A stretch of DNA of 39,275 nt. Origin: a virus (taxonomy: Duplodnaviria > Caudoviricetes). The stretch is taken from the IMG/VR virus record IMGVR_UViG_3300031566_000154, positions 1 through 39,275 of that record. One strand, 5' to 3'. A program made the translations under genes and the position numbers. This document shows, piece by piece, positions 17,879 to 26,476 of this stretch. The first letter of the stretch is position 1. Every line of letters begins with the position of its first letter. The notes beneath the pieces were generated by a model, which was not told where the DNA came from, did not search any database, and saw only the letters and a program-made list of their open reading frames with translations.

Positions 17879-18646
17879 ATGCGCTCCGCCATCGCGTACC
17901 TCGGGGCCGCCCCCGACGCCGGCCCCCTGGCCAACGACCTCGTTGACCTGGCCGAGCAGAACGCCGTGGAGATTCTTGCCACCTACGGCGACGACCAGCC
18001 ACCACCACCGGACAACTACCTGCCAGGACTTTGCCGGGCCATCGCCGCGCTGCGCCCCAGCTACCTGCTCCTGGCCGAGACACCTGAGGCCCTGGCCCCG
18101 CGCGGCTCCCCGGCGGCCCAAGGCCTGGCCATCGAGCTGGCCCACCGCAAGGCGTCCGTGGCCTTCCTCAGAAATGGCTCGCATGCCTTCCCCGAAACGT
18201 CCGGGGACGTGGCAAGATGTTTGCGGGCCCTGCGGACCGGCATCAAAGAGGCAGGGAGAGAGTTCGGCTACGACCGGGCCATTGACCGCACACCCTACGG
18301 GTACGCGCGCCACCCCACGCGCCACGTCCTGATCCGCGACCCCGAGGAGCAGGCCGTCATCAGCGCCTGCATCCAGTGGCACAAGGACGGGTTGGGACTC
18401 ACAGATATTGTCCGCATGCTGGAGAAAGAGGGGATACCGCCGCGCGGGAGGCGCTGGGCGGCCAACACGATCCGGCGGATCCTCAGACGGGCCGGGTGCT
18501 ATCGGCGGGACGGGAACGATGGTGGCAGCCAGACAGTGGAGAAGCAAGGTTCTTGGCGCAGTCGTAGTGCTTCCGGAGGGGATAGCCGTCGCGGCCCCGC
18601 CAACGCCACGAGCGGCTTGCCGGGTGCCAGACGAGCGGAGCGTTGA
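17879..18646 (+). CDS. Degenerate serine recombinase (resolvase-like fold plus Recombinase DNA-binding domain)
   Basis: PYGY..LIRDPEEQAVI..W..GLGLTDIVRMLEKEGIPPRGRRWAANTIRRIL; catalytic YxRxS replaced by AYLGAA. Confidence 0.7.
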   Translation: MRSAIAYLGAAPDAGPLANDLVDLAEQNAVEILATYGDDQPPPPDNYLPGLCRAIAALRPSYLLLAETPEALAPRGSPAAQGLAIELAHRKASVAFLRNGSHAFPETSGDVARCLRALRTGIKEAGREFGYDRAIDRTPYGYARHPTRHVLIRDPEEQAVISACIQWHKDGLGLTDIVRMLEKEGIPPRGRRWAANTIRRILRRAGCYRRDGNDGGSQTVEKQGSWRSRSASGGDSRRGPANATSGLPGARRAER

Positions 18647-18731
18647 TCTGCGCCATCGGCGCCAAGGAGAGGTTCTCCCGATAGAGCCGCTCGAAGGCGT
18701 TCCTGTGCTCACCTTCCTCTGCTTCCTTCAT
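18483..18731 (-). CDS. Hypothetical protein, last gene of the early/middle operon
   Basis: GGTGAGGAG RBS, ATG 18731; overlaps the recombinase tail convergently. Confidence 0.45.
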   Translation of the reverse strand: MKEAEEGEHRNAFERLYRENLSLAPMAQINAPLVWHPASRSWRWRGRDGYPLRKHYDCAKNLASPLSGCHHRSRPADSTRPV

Positions 18732-18795
18732 TGCGTTCTCCTCACCTTGCTGCAAAAAGTGGGCACCTGCGGACGTCCGGCACGTCGGCCGTAAG

Positions 18796-19365
18796 TCAGC
18801 ACGCGGGCAGCAGGGCCTCCTTCGACGGCTTCCAGCACAACTCCGCGATGCGGGGCTGCTCGGCAAGCTCCACGTCGAGGTAGAGCCCCGTGGACCTGTC
18901 GTAGGGCATCTCGTATCGCTTCGTGAGGGCGTAGGCCGCCACGACGACGTTATCGTTGTTGTACGCCACCCCAGCACTCAGGGCGTCGAGCACCAGGCGC
19001 GCCAGCTTGTCGAGGTCGGGGTCCTGCGCGTGGTAGTAGGGGGCGTCATCGCGGAGCCACACCGAGCCGTCCTTGAGGGGCTTCCTGTTGCTGCGGAAGT
19101 GGCTGTTCGGCCGGGGCATTACGAACTCCATCCGCGTGATGAACACGATCCCCTCGTGGCTCTGGCCCAGCTCGCGCTGGACGGCAGCACTGATCTCCGA
19201 AGCCCACCCCTTCTGGCGCTTAGCGTTGGTCTGAACGACCACCGGCCTGGCGTGGCGCGGATCGACCTTTCCGTCCGGCCCCTTGCGCCCGACCATGAAG
19301 GCCCTTGCGCTTCCCTTCGCCACGGGGAGTCCGGGGATGAAGAGACTGAGTCTTCTGGCGCTCAT
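18796..19365 (-). CDS. rusA: RusA family Holliday junction resolvase
   Basis: FIPGLPVAKGS, FVMPRPNSH, PDLDKLARLVLDALS..YNNDNVV. Confidence 0.85.
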   Translation of the reverse strand: MSARRLSLFIPGLPVAKGSARAFMVGRKGPDGKVDPRHARPVVVQTNAKRQKGWASEISAAVQRELGQSHEGIVFITRMEFVMPRPNSHFRSNRKPLKDGSVWLRDDAPYYHAQDPDLDKLARLVLDALSAGVAYNNDNVVVAAYALTKRYEMPYDRSTGLYLDVELAEQPRIAELCWKPSKEALLPAC

Positions 19366-19513
19366 GCTTCGCTACTCCTGCCAGTGGTGTGTCGGATAGG
19401 ACATCGATCAGCTTCTCGCGCTTGGCGATGGCAATCGCCTCGCCGATCCCCATGCGCGCGCGGCGCAGGCACAGGGCGTCGAGGGTCTCCTTCGTCGCCG
19501 GCGTGGATGTCAC
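19220..19513 (-). CDS. Small hypothetical protein running into rusA
   Basis: GTGA coupling to the MTase stop, AAGGAGAG RBS. Confidence 0.45.
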   Translation of the reverse strand: MTSTPATKETLDALCLRRARMGIGEAIAIAKREKLIDVLSDTPLAGVAKHERQKTQSLHPRTPRGEGKRKGLHGRAQGAGRKGRSAPRQAGGRSDQR

Positions 19514-21288
19514 TTCTTCTCTCCTTTCAACGCATGCTGAAACAGGGGCATTTCGCCGGCGGGCACGGGCTGGGTGGCCCGCTCGCCGAGGACGGCGCAG
19601 CGCTTGCGGGCCACGGCCACGTAGTCGGCGCCGGCGTCGAAGCCGATGGCTCGGCGGCCCAGTTGGCGGGCGACGATGGTCGTGGTGCCCGTGCCGTTGA
19701 AGGGGTCGAGGACGGTCGCGGGGGCCGGCGGGTCGGGCTCGGGGCCGCGGCCCCAGGTGTGCAAGGGCTTGCGCTTGTGGCAGCCGCACGTCGGGCGAAA
19801 GCCGAGGGTGGAAACAGCAGTCGTGCCAGGTTTCCAAGTCTTGCTCATGTCCACCATTCCTGCCCTGTCGCCCCGTGCGGAGAATCCGCCATGCCGCGTT
19901 TCGTACTGCGGTTCAAGCGTTTTGTTCACCACCCTCTCCCACTGCTTCCCGCACTTGGGGCAGACGCCCCGTTCGCTCGTCGCGGCGCGGATGCAGCGGC
20001 GGGGGAGGCCGCTGGGGAAGGCCGCGTAGTGCGCGACCCAGGCGTCCGTCCGCTTGCACACGGGGCATTCCTGGATGCGCTTGTCGCTGCCGCAGGCGGC
20101 ACAGTGCTTGGGCACGTACTCCTTGCGGCGCGGCTTCGGCCAGGGCTTGCCGCAGTCCGCGCAGTACTGGCGGATGCCGTCGCGGTCGCTGCCGAGGAAG
20201 AGCGTGTCGCAGCCCCGGCAGTAGGCCCAGTCGCACGGCTCCGGCTTGAGCGTCCAGACCGTGCGGAGATTGCGCGAACCGGTACTCTCGGCGTATTCCG
20301 TTGGCCGTGAGTTCACGCCGTCGGCTCCGGCCCTGGCCGCGCTCGCCTTGCCCCCGCGAGTCCCCGCAGGGAGGTTGCCCCTCTCCCTCACGGCCACCTG
20401 GTCCCAGAAGTAGCTCTCGCTCTTGGCGAGGAGCCATATCTGCTCGTGGTTGCGCGTGCAGCGGTCGCTCGCGCTTTCGGGCATGGCCGACTTCTTGTGC
20501 CAGATGATTTCGTTGCGCACCCACCAGCCGTCGGCGTCAAGGGCCAGGGCGAGCCGCTGGGGGATGAGGCACATGCCCTTCGGCTTGAGGTCGGGGGCGC
20601 GCTTGCCATTGGGCGTCCACGCTTGGGGATTGTTCTTCTCTGCGAAGTTGCCCGTGCCCGCCCCGCTGCCCGTCCCCGCGTACGAATCGCCGATGTTGAG
20701 GAAGCACACGCCGTCGTCGCGCAGGACGCGCCAGAGGGCGGCCCAGATCGTGCGGACGTGGCAGACGTAGCACGTGGGGCAGGGCGGCTCAGGCGGGCCG
20801 AACACGGGCTGCCACGACTGGCCGACGGGCACCCACATTTGGGCGGTGTCGTCCCAATCGAAGTCGGGCTTCTGCTCGAAGCCGAGGAGTGCGCGGCGCC
20901 CGTGCGCTCCGCAGTCGTGCAGCGGCTCGCTCCCGAAGTGGCCGCGCCACGCGCCGCACAGCCGGCAGTGCTGGCCGCCAGTGCTTTTCACTGCACACTC
21001 GGCATCGTCGCGGCGGAAACTCTCTCTCACCGCCGCCTTGTCGGCGCGGCCGGCGAAGGTGGAGTTCGCTCCCAGCCCGTCGCGGTGCTCGTTCCCGACA
21101 CGGGGAAGCTCATCGCTCCACTCGTGCGGGCAGTCGCTCCGCCCGCCCCAGACGTAGGCCGTGAGGCCGGCGTAGGCCCGCAGCCCCCAGTAGGGGATGC
21201 TCGTCACCACGCAATGCACAGACTCCGCCGGCAACTCGCGCAGCAGGTCGAGGGCGTGGCCGACGCGGAGGTCGAGGAGCTCAGCCAC
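19510..21288 (-). CDS. Beta-class N4-C/N6-A DNA methyltransferase with multiple Zn-finger insertions
   Basis: Catalytic VVTSIPYWGLR, FLNIGDSY, IIWHK..MPESASDRCT..HE, HYAAFP, SAM-binding VLDPFNGTGTT. Confidence 0.9.
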   Translation of the reverse strand: MAELLDLRVGHALDLLRELPAESVHCVVTSIPYWGLRAYAGLTAYVWGGRSDCPHEWSDELPRVGNEHRDGLGANSTFAGRADKAAVRESFRRDDAECAVKSTGGQHCRLCGAWRGHFGSEPLHDCGAHGRRALLGFEQKPDFDWDDTAQMWVPVGQSWQPVFGPPEPPCPTCYVCHVRTIWAALWRVLRDDGVCFLNIGDSYAGTGSGAGTGNFAEKNNPQAWTPNGKRAPDLKPKGMCLIPQRLALALDADGWWVRNEIIWHKKSAMPESASDRCTRNHEQIWLLAKSESYFWDQVAVRERGNLPAGTRGGKASAARAGADGVNSRPTEYAESTGSRNLRTVWTLKPEPCDWAYCRGCDTLFLGSDRDGIRQYCADCGKPWPKPRRKEYVPKHCAACGSDKRIQECPVCKRTDAWVAHYAAFPSGLPRRCIRAATSERGVCPKCGKQWERVVNKTLEPQYETRHGGFSARGDRAGMVDMSKTWKPGTTAVSTLGFRPTCGCHKRKPLHTWGRGPEPDPPAPATVLDPFNGTGTTTIVARQLGRRAIGFDAGADYVAVARKRCAVLGERATQPVPAGEMPLFQHALKGEKK

Positions 21289-21583
21289 GGGCTTTCCCCT
21301 CCGCGCGGGCGATGGCGCGGAGCAGCTTGCCCTCGGCGAGCCCCGCCTTCGTTGCCAGCCCGCACAGGCCCTCCGGCACCTCGACATGGGGCGCGAGCGC
21401 GATCATGGCGGTCTCGTACTCGCGGCGCACCTTGACGTAGCGCCGGAACGCCGCGAAGGCGCGCTTGACGGCGGGGGGAAGCGGAGCGCGCACGAAGCCC
21501 GTGCATGGCCCGCCGGTCTTGCGTTCAGGCCACGTGCAGCCAAAGCGCCCGGTGCAATCGTCACAGGTCGGCAAGGACTTCAC
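21281..21583 (-). CDS. Hypothetical protein with Cys-rich N-terminus
   Basis: Coupled starts/stops; CDDC..C..C. Confidence 0.65.
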   Translation of the reverse strand: MKSLPTCDDCTGRFGCTWPERKTGGPCTGFVRAPLPPAVKRAFAAFRRYVKVRREYETAMIALAPHVEVPEGLCGLATKAGLAEGKLLRAIARAEGKARG

Positions 21584-22008
21584 TTCCCTTCTCCTTTGTC
21601 CAGCAGCCGCGCGTGACCTGCGGCGAGCAGCAGGGCCGCGACGGGGTGGGCGTGGTGGTAGGACCGTCCCATCGCAAAGCTATCCCAGCCCTCGCCGTTC
21701 CAGTGCACATGGAGGGACACAATGTAGCAATCCCCACGGCAGGCGAGAAGCACCCTCCACAGCAGGTCGCCGTTGACCTTGCTCTCATCGCACGTCCCGT
21801 CGGGGCGCAGGCCAGAGAGGAAGTCGGGCGCTGGGCGGTGCGCCACGGGTAGTCCGCACATGGGGCAATCGATCTGAATGCCCCCGCTCGGCTCCGGGCC
21901 GGACGCTCCGCAGCCGCACTCCCACACAGGGAATGCCGGAACGCCAATGAGCCTTGCCGCCTTCTCGTTCGCGGCGCTGCGGCCCTCGGGCCTGGTCAGG
22001 TCAAGCAT
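21580..22008 (-). CDS. Hypothetical protein, phage ABA-sandwich-like with Zn ribbon
   Basis: NEKAARLIG..PDFLS..LLWRVL..HPVAALLLAA layout; CGC/CPMC. Confidence 0.55.
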   Translation of the reverse strand: MLDLTRPEGRSAANEKAARLIGVPAFPVWECGCGASGPEPSGGIQIDCPMCGLPVAHRPAPDFLSGLRPDGTCDESKVNGDLLWRVLLACRGDCYIVSLHVHWNGEGWDSFAMGRSYHHAHPVAALLLAAGHARLLDKGEGK

Positions 22009-22189
22009 CGCTCGCTCCTTCCGCCCCCTTCGGGGCAGTGGCCCTGCCTACGAGGGCCTCCAGCCGCCGCGTGATGTGCGCCCGGCGGAGTTCGTCGCAC
22101 CGCAGGCACCACAGAGGCGTCCACGGCGTCCCCGCCACGTTGGGGCACTTGCCCTCGAACTCGCCGAAGCCTATGCAGCGTCGGGCCAT
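22001..22189 (-). CDS. Small Cys-containing hypothetical protein
   Basis: RCIG..CPN..WCLRCD; coupled. Confidence 0.65.
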   Translation of the reverse strand: MARRCIGFGEFEGKCPNVAGTPWTPLWCLRCDELRRAHITRRLEALVGRATAPKGAEGASDA

Positions 22190-22404
22190 CAGCGCTTCTC
22201 CTTTTCAGCCAGACACGCATGCCCGAATGGGTCATGGCGCTGCTCACACACGGCCTTGCCCACACGGGCCAATTCATCGCGCACCTTGCCAAGCTCGGCC
22301 CCAAGATACGCGATGCGGTCGCGCGTGTATGGGTGGCTGGCGTCCAGCGCCTTCTCCTTGAGGGCCTCGTGCTTCGCCTTGTAGTGGTCACTCAGGGCAC
22401 CCAT
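22189..22404 (-). CDS. Small hypothetical protein
   Basis: GAAAGGAG RBS, ATG 22404. Confidence 0.6.
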   Translation of the reverse strand: MGALSDHYKAKHEALKEKALDASHPYTRDRIAYLGAELGKVRDELARVGKAVCEQRHDPFGHACLAEKEKR

Positions 22405-22915
22405 CGTCGCTCCTTTCCGCCCCCTTGGGGGCTGTGGGTTGCTCCCCGCACTTGGCCTGGGCGGCGCGGAAGGCGTCTTTGAGCGCGAGATACCGCGCGG
22501 CGTCATATTCGCCCGTGTCGCTGTAGAGCAGCACGTCGAGTGCCAGTTCCCACGCCGCCAGCATCGCCGCGACGCGGGGGGCGGGGGAGGAGGCGGCAGC
22601 ATCCCAGGCGTCTATCGCGCCCAGGCAGTCGGATTGCTCGTACTCCATGTGCCCAACGGTTGCAGGCGAGATGGGGGTCACGGAATCCACAATGACCCGT
22701 AGATAGATTCCCGCCTCCCTCAGCGCCGCGCACTCGGCGGCCAGGCGGGCGCGCTCGGCCTCAAGGGCGTCGATCCGTTCTTCGGAGACATTCGCGGCAT
22801 GGGCCTGGACTAGCGCCCACTGCACGCGCAGCAACACGCCCTCTGGCAGCGCCGCTATTGCCGCATCGTGCGACAAGGCCAATAGTTCATCGTTCGTCAT
22901 CGGCTCCAGTTCCAT
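22388..22915 (-). CDS. Hypothetical helical protein
   Basis: GAAGGAG RBS, ATG 22915. Confidence 0.6.
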   Translation of the reverse strand: MELEPMTNDELLALSHDAAIAALPEGVLLRVQWALVQAHAANVSEERIDALEAERARLAAECAALREAGIYLRVIVDSVTPISPATVGHMEYEQSDCLGAIDAWDAAASSPAPRVAAMLAAWELALDVLLYSDTGEYDAARYLALKDAFRAAQAKCGEQPTAPKGAERSDDGCPE

Positions 22916-23204
22916 CGGCTTCTCCTTCCAGCCTGCGCAGGGCCTGGTACAGCTTCCCGTGGCACATGCATGCCTGGGTGTCCATCTTACATTGCACACG
23001 TGCCTGCGCCGCCCTCACCACGGCCAGCAGGCCGGGCAGGGCGTTCGCGGAGAGGGCGAGGTACGCGGCCAACTGGGGTTGGCCCGGCAGTTGCGCCACC
23101 AACCCACCATCCTTGATCCACAGGGCAGAGAAATCATGGCGCTTCTCTAGCGGTAGCGCCCACTTCACCTTCTCCGCGGCCTTCCGCAGCTCATCGAGCT
23201 TCAC
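22887..23204 (-). CDS. Hypothetical protein (Ead/Ea22-like N-terminus)
   Basis: KLDELRKAAEK..W..YLALSANALPGLL pattern; GTGA coupling. Confidence 0.55.
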   Translation of the reverse strand: MKLDELRKAAEKVKWALPLEKRHDFSALWIKDGGLVAQLPGQPQLAAYLALSANALPGLLAVVRAAQARVQCKMDTQACMCHGKLYQALRRLEGEADGTGADDER

Positions 23205-23536
23205 GAGGCACCCCCTTTCCACGCCCTGCACCGCGCGTCGAACCGCCCCAGCGCCCGCTTCAACTCGGCCAGCTTCGCCCCCGCGCCGTAGTAGGGCAGG
23301 CTCTCCTCGCGCTCCGCCACCGCCAGCAGGTGGGCAATCGCGGCGGCGGTGTCGTTGATGCTCTGCGCGACCTTGCAGGGGGCGACGCGTTCCACAATCG
23401 CGGCGGCGGACCCTTGGATTTCAGCGATCCAGCAGTTCTGCGAGTCAACCAGTCGGATGTTTCCGGTGTGGTACTCGAAGTTTGTCGCCGCGTTGTAGGT
23501 CACGGCCACTCCGCTCGGAAAGCGCACGGTCAGCAT
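23201..23536 (-). CDS. Hypothetical protein
   Basis: AAAGGAG RBS; coupled. Confidence 0.65.
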   Translation of the reverse strand: MLTVRFPSGVAVTYNAATNFEYHTGNIRLVDSQNCWIAEIQGSAAAIVERVAPCKVAQSINDTAAAIAHLLAVAEREESLPYYGAGAKLAELKRALGRFDARCRAWKGGAS

Positions 23537-24294
23537 CGCTCATTCTCCTTTCTCAAAGGCCACTCCCTGCGCCGCGCCCACGGCGGGAACGCCGCCATGT
23601 CGTGCATCACGCGCCCCGTGCCGTCGGGGCGCTCCGCCATCTGCTTGACCCACACGGCCACGCCGGCGGCGGCGCACTGCTCGACGGCGGACTCCAGCCA
23701 CGTCCAGGGCGTCGGGCGGCGCCGCGGGCCGCTCTCGCAGCCGAGGACGACCCAGTGAATCTCAGGCGGCGTCTTGGCAAGACACAGGAATGCCATCGGC
23801 CCCAGCATCGGCTCGACGCTCAACATCCGCGTCGCCGCGGGCGTCGCCAGAAGGTCGGGCAGGCGCTCCTCAAGGCGCGGCTGGTTCTCCGCCGTCACGC
23901 CGTGGATGATGTTGTGGGCTGGGATGCGGCGGCCCTCGTACCGCCAGCCAACGTACCGCTTCATGCGGTAAGCCCGCTTGGTGAGGACGATGAAGGTGTG
24001 CGTGTCAACGCAGCGCTCCATGACCTCATAGGCGGAGTCGCGGTCGCAGTCGCTTACGGCAGGGTGAAAGATGTCAGACCACACGGGGAACACGGCGGGC
24101 TTGCGGCGGCGGGCGGGCACGTCGAGGCGGTCGGCGCGGAAGCGCACCGGGCCGGCCTTGCCGAAGCGCGCGGCCATGCCCGTCAGCCAGCAGTGGTCAC
24201 ACGCCTCAGAGACGGGCGTGCAATTCTCCACCAAGGTCCAAGGCAAGTCCCAGTACTTGCCCTTCGCTCGGTTCTTCTCGCTCGGCTCAGGCAT
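23530..24294 (-). CDS. Phage Gp37/Gp68 (DUF5131) radical-SAM-like protein
   Basis: CTPVSEACDHCW three-Cys motif, SDIFH, LTKR, GVTAENQ, LSVEPMLG, WVVLGCESG, VWVKQ. Confidence 0.88.
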   Translation of the reverse strand: MPEPSEKNRAKGKYWDLPWTLVENCTPVSEACDHCWLTGMAARFGKAGPVRFRADRLDVPARRRKPAVFPVWSDIFHPAVSDCDRDSAYEVMERCVDTHTFIVLTKRAYRMKRYVGWRYEGRRIPAHNIIHGVTAENQPRLEERLPDLLATPAATRMLSVEPMLGPMAFLCLAKTPPEIHWVVLGCESGPRRRPTPWTWLESAVEQCAAAGVAVWVKQMAERPDGTGRVMHDMAAFPPWARRREWPLRKENERC

Positions 24295-24739
24295 GGTCGG
24301 CCTCCTCAAGCCGCCCCGCCGCGCACAGGTCAGAGGGTTCGAAAAGCCGCCCCGCCGCGCACAGCGCGCGGACGAGGGCGCGTGGCGTCGCGGCCTCGGC
24401 CTCGGCATCTATCGCCTCATGCCCGCAGATGGTTTCCGTCGCGTTGATGCTGATTTCCCAGCCGCGGCGCACAAGCGCCTCGATCATCTCGCCCCACCAC
24501 TTCCAGCGGTCGGGCGCGTCGGCGGGGCAGGTGTAGTAGGGGGGAGGGTCGAATCGGCACTCAAAGGGCAAGTCCTCTCGCTTGCTGCCCACACCGCCCC
24601 GCGTCCACGAGGGCGGCCAGCCACCTGCCGCTCCCTCTGCGTGTACATAGTAAGGCTCCCACCCCATCGCCAGTGCCGCGGAGGCGTCCACCTGCTCCGG
24701 GGTCAGGGCGTCGAGGCGGTCGAGGGTCAGGGTTCGCAT
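24287..24739 (-). CDS. Phage ABA-sandwich-like protein
   Basis: QVDASAALAMGW..PPYYT..W..MIEAL..GWEISI..TPRALVRAL. Confidence 0.6.
   Translation of the reverse strand: MRTLTLDRLDALTPEQVDASAALAMGWEPYYVHAEGAAGGWPPSWTRGGVGSKREDLPFECRFDPPPYYTCPADAPDRWKWWGEMIEALVRRGWEISINATETICGHEAIDAEAEAATPRALVRALCAAGRLFEPSDLCAAGRLEEADHA
24308..24364. repeat. 21-bp direct repeat, period 36, in frame (LCAAGRL twice)
   Basis: AAGCCGCCCCGCCGCGCACAG at 24308-24328 and 24344-24364. Confidence 0.9.
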
Positions 24740-25023
24740 CGCTTGACCTCCTCTGTGCCCTCGGCGGCTTTCAGCGCTGCCTCGAAACTGGGAAAACGGC
24801 AACGCTTCATGAACGCCTCATCCCGGCTCGACGGGATCGGCTCCCATTCCCACTCGCCGTTGCGGGCTAGGCACCAGCCACGATTGCGCACGGCGTACAA
24901 GTCGGGGCCTTCGATTTGGCCCAACCTGTGAAGGGTCACGTCGTCGCGGCGCAGTTTGAGGGGGGCGATGGCCCATGTCGTGGGAATCCACTCACGGCGG
25001 TCGAGGGTCAGGGTCTTGCTCAC
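24727..25023 (-). CDS. Conserved phage hypothetical protein
   Basis: YAVR..GWCL..GEWEWEPIPSSRDEAFMKRCRF; TAAGGAGG RBS. Confidence 0.7.
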   Translation of the reverse strand: MSKTLTLDRREWIPTTWAIAPLKLRRDDVTLHRLGQIEGPDLYAVRNRGWCLARNGEWEWEPIPSSRDEAFMKRCRFPSFEAALKAAEGTEEVKRCEP

Positions 25024-25244
25024 GGCAGCCTCCTTATCTCGCCGGGGCGCAGGTCGCGCCCGAAGCGCTTGCGCATCCACGCCGGGCCTCGAATGTCCAC
25101 CATGCCACCAGTCGGAAACCAGGTGTGGCCCCACTTGCTCAAGCCAATTACGGGCTTGTGCGTGAACACCGCGCGCTCAAGCAGGAATGGGCCTCGCCAG
25201 TTCTTTGGGGCGCGAGCCGCCCAGCGCCAGCGCGGCTTGCTCAT
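25020..25244 (-). CDS. Small basic hypothetical protein
   Basis: GAAAGGAG RBS; coupled. Confidence 0.6.
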   Translation of the reverse strand: MSKPRWRWAARAPKNWRGPFLLERAVFTHKPVIGLSKWGHTWFPTGGMVDIRGPAWMRKRFGRDLRPGEIRRLP

Positions 25245-25257
25245 GGCTTCGCTCCTT

Positions 25258-25998
25258 TCAGTAGTCGCACCCGGCGCACAGGCCACGGTGCCGCCTGTGC
25301 CGCCACTGCGAAATGGGCTTACCGCAGTCAATGCAATGAATCTCGTGCTTGCCGCCGGGGTCATCATCCCATCCCCGATGATCCTTCAGGTAGACGTGAC
25401 CGCATCCCTGGCGGCAGTAGATCAGGTGCTTGCACGGCGAGTCCCCCTCGCTCGGCAGATGGTCGCGGCACACCTGGCACCACACCGTTTCGCCCTCGAC
25501 GGCACCATCAAAAGGGTTGCGCCACCCGTCGATCACGAGCGGGCTGGCGAGCAGCTTGTTGCCCATCGTGAGCAGTTCCGCCGCCGTGGGGTTATGGGCC
25601 AACAGGAGTCCCTCGGCGAGCCAGATGGCGCCACGTGGAGGTACTGGGTGCGCCCAGAGGGGCGGGTTTACCACATGTTCCGACGGCCCGCCCCCACTCT
25701 TTGAGTAGTAGCACTCGCCGTAGGCTTTCGACTCGTTGAAATCGTAGGTGCTGCTTGACAGGCCCGCCTCGGGGTCGCCTGGCTTCCAGAACCGCGCGTC
25801 GCGGTGCAGACAGCGCGATTCGGTAATCACGCTGCTCGGCTTGCCGTCGAAGTACTCGATGTAGACCACGTATTCGCAGCGCCGAGTGCCATTGGCCTCA
25901 GCGTGAGCCTCGCCGTCAGGGGCGAACATCAGCGGCTCCGGGGTCAGGGCGTCTTGCCAGTACTTCGGATCGACCAAGAGCTTCAAGTCGGTGCTCAC
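25258..25998 (-). CDS. Hypothetical protein with Cys-rich C-terminus
   Basis: CQVC, CRQGC, CIDC, CAGC; GTGA coupling. Confidence 0.7.
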   Translation of the reverse strand: MSTDLKLLVDPKYWQDALTPEPLMFAPDGEAHAEANGTRRCEYVVYIEYFDGKPSSVITESRCLHRDARFWKPGDPEAGLSSSTYDFNESKAYGECYYSKSGGGPSEHVVNPPLWAHPVPPRGAIWLAEGLLLAHNPTAAELLTMGNKLLASPLVIDGWRNPFDGAVEGETVWCQVCRDHLPSEGDSPCKHLIYCRQGCGHVYLKDHRGWDDDPGGKHEIHCIDCGKPISQWRHRRHRGLCAGCDY

Positions 25999-26291
25999 GG
26001 CTTCTTTCCTTTGGGCTGGGGCAACTCGCCCGGCTCATGCACGGGCTCGATGCCGCGGACTGTCCATTGAGACTTCATGACCTCGTGCCACTCTGCGCGG
26101 CAGTCCGTGTTGTCACAGCGGACGCGCATCAGGTAGACCTTCTCCTCGCCCTCACCGCGTTCGCCGCGTTCGCCGGCCAAGCTCGCTTGCACCGTGGCGG
26201 CGCAGCCGCAGTAGGGGCATTGAAGCATGTCGCCGTGCCACCAGCGTCGCACATATTCGTTCACGATCTTTGGCTCGAATGGCTCAGGCAT
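25995..26291 (-). CDS. Zn-ribbon hypothetical protein
   Basis: CPYCG...CDNTDC.AEWHEV. Confidence 0.65.
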   Translation of the reverse strand: MPEPFEPKIVNEYVRRWWHGDMLQCPYCGCAATVQASLAGERGERGEGEEKVYLMRVRCDNTDCRAEWHEVMKSQWTVRGIEPVHEPGELPQPKGKKP

Positions 26292-26475
26292 GGCTCTCTC
26301 CTTCGGGCTTGGGGACGCGGCGGCGGAACGTCCCGCGCACGGTGGACACGCGCTCGCCGTCCGCGAACTCGACAACGTGCTTGCCCTTGCTGCTCACCAC
26401 GAGCCGGCAAGGCTGGCCGTGGCGCTCCGGTAGAAAGTTGCGGCCAATCCAGACGTGGGACAGGCTCAGGGCCAT
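26284..26475 (-). CDS. Small SH3-like hypothetical protein
   Basis: LPERHGQPCRLV..VVEFADGERV; AAGGGGG RBS. Confidence 0.65.
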   Translation of the reverse strand: MALSLSHVWIGRNFLPERHGQPCRLVVSSKGKHVVEFADGERVSTVRGTFRRRVPKPEGESHA

Positions 26476-26476
26476 G

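Noticed and set aside
24308-25953. Diversity-generating retroelement TR/VR pair
   Set aside because: The repeats are short and exact with no adenine-specific mismatches, and no reverse transcriptase is present in the window.
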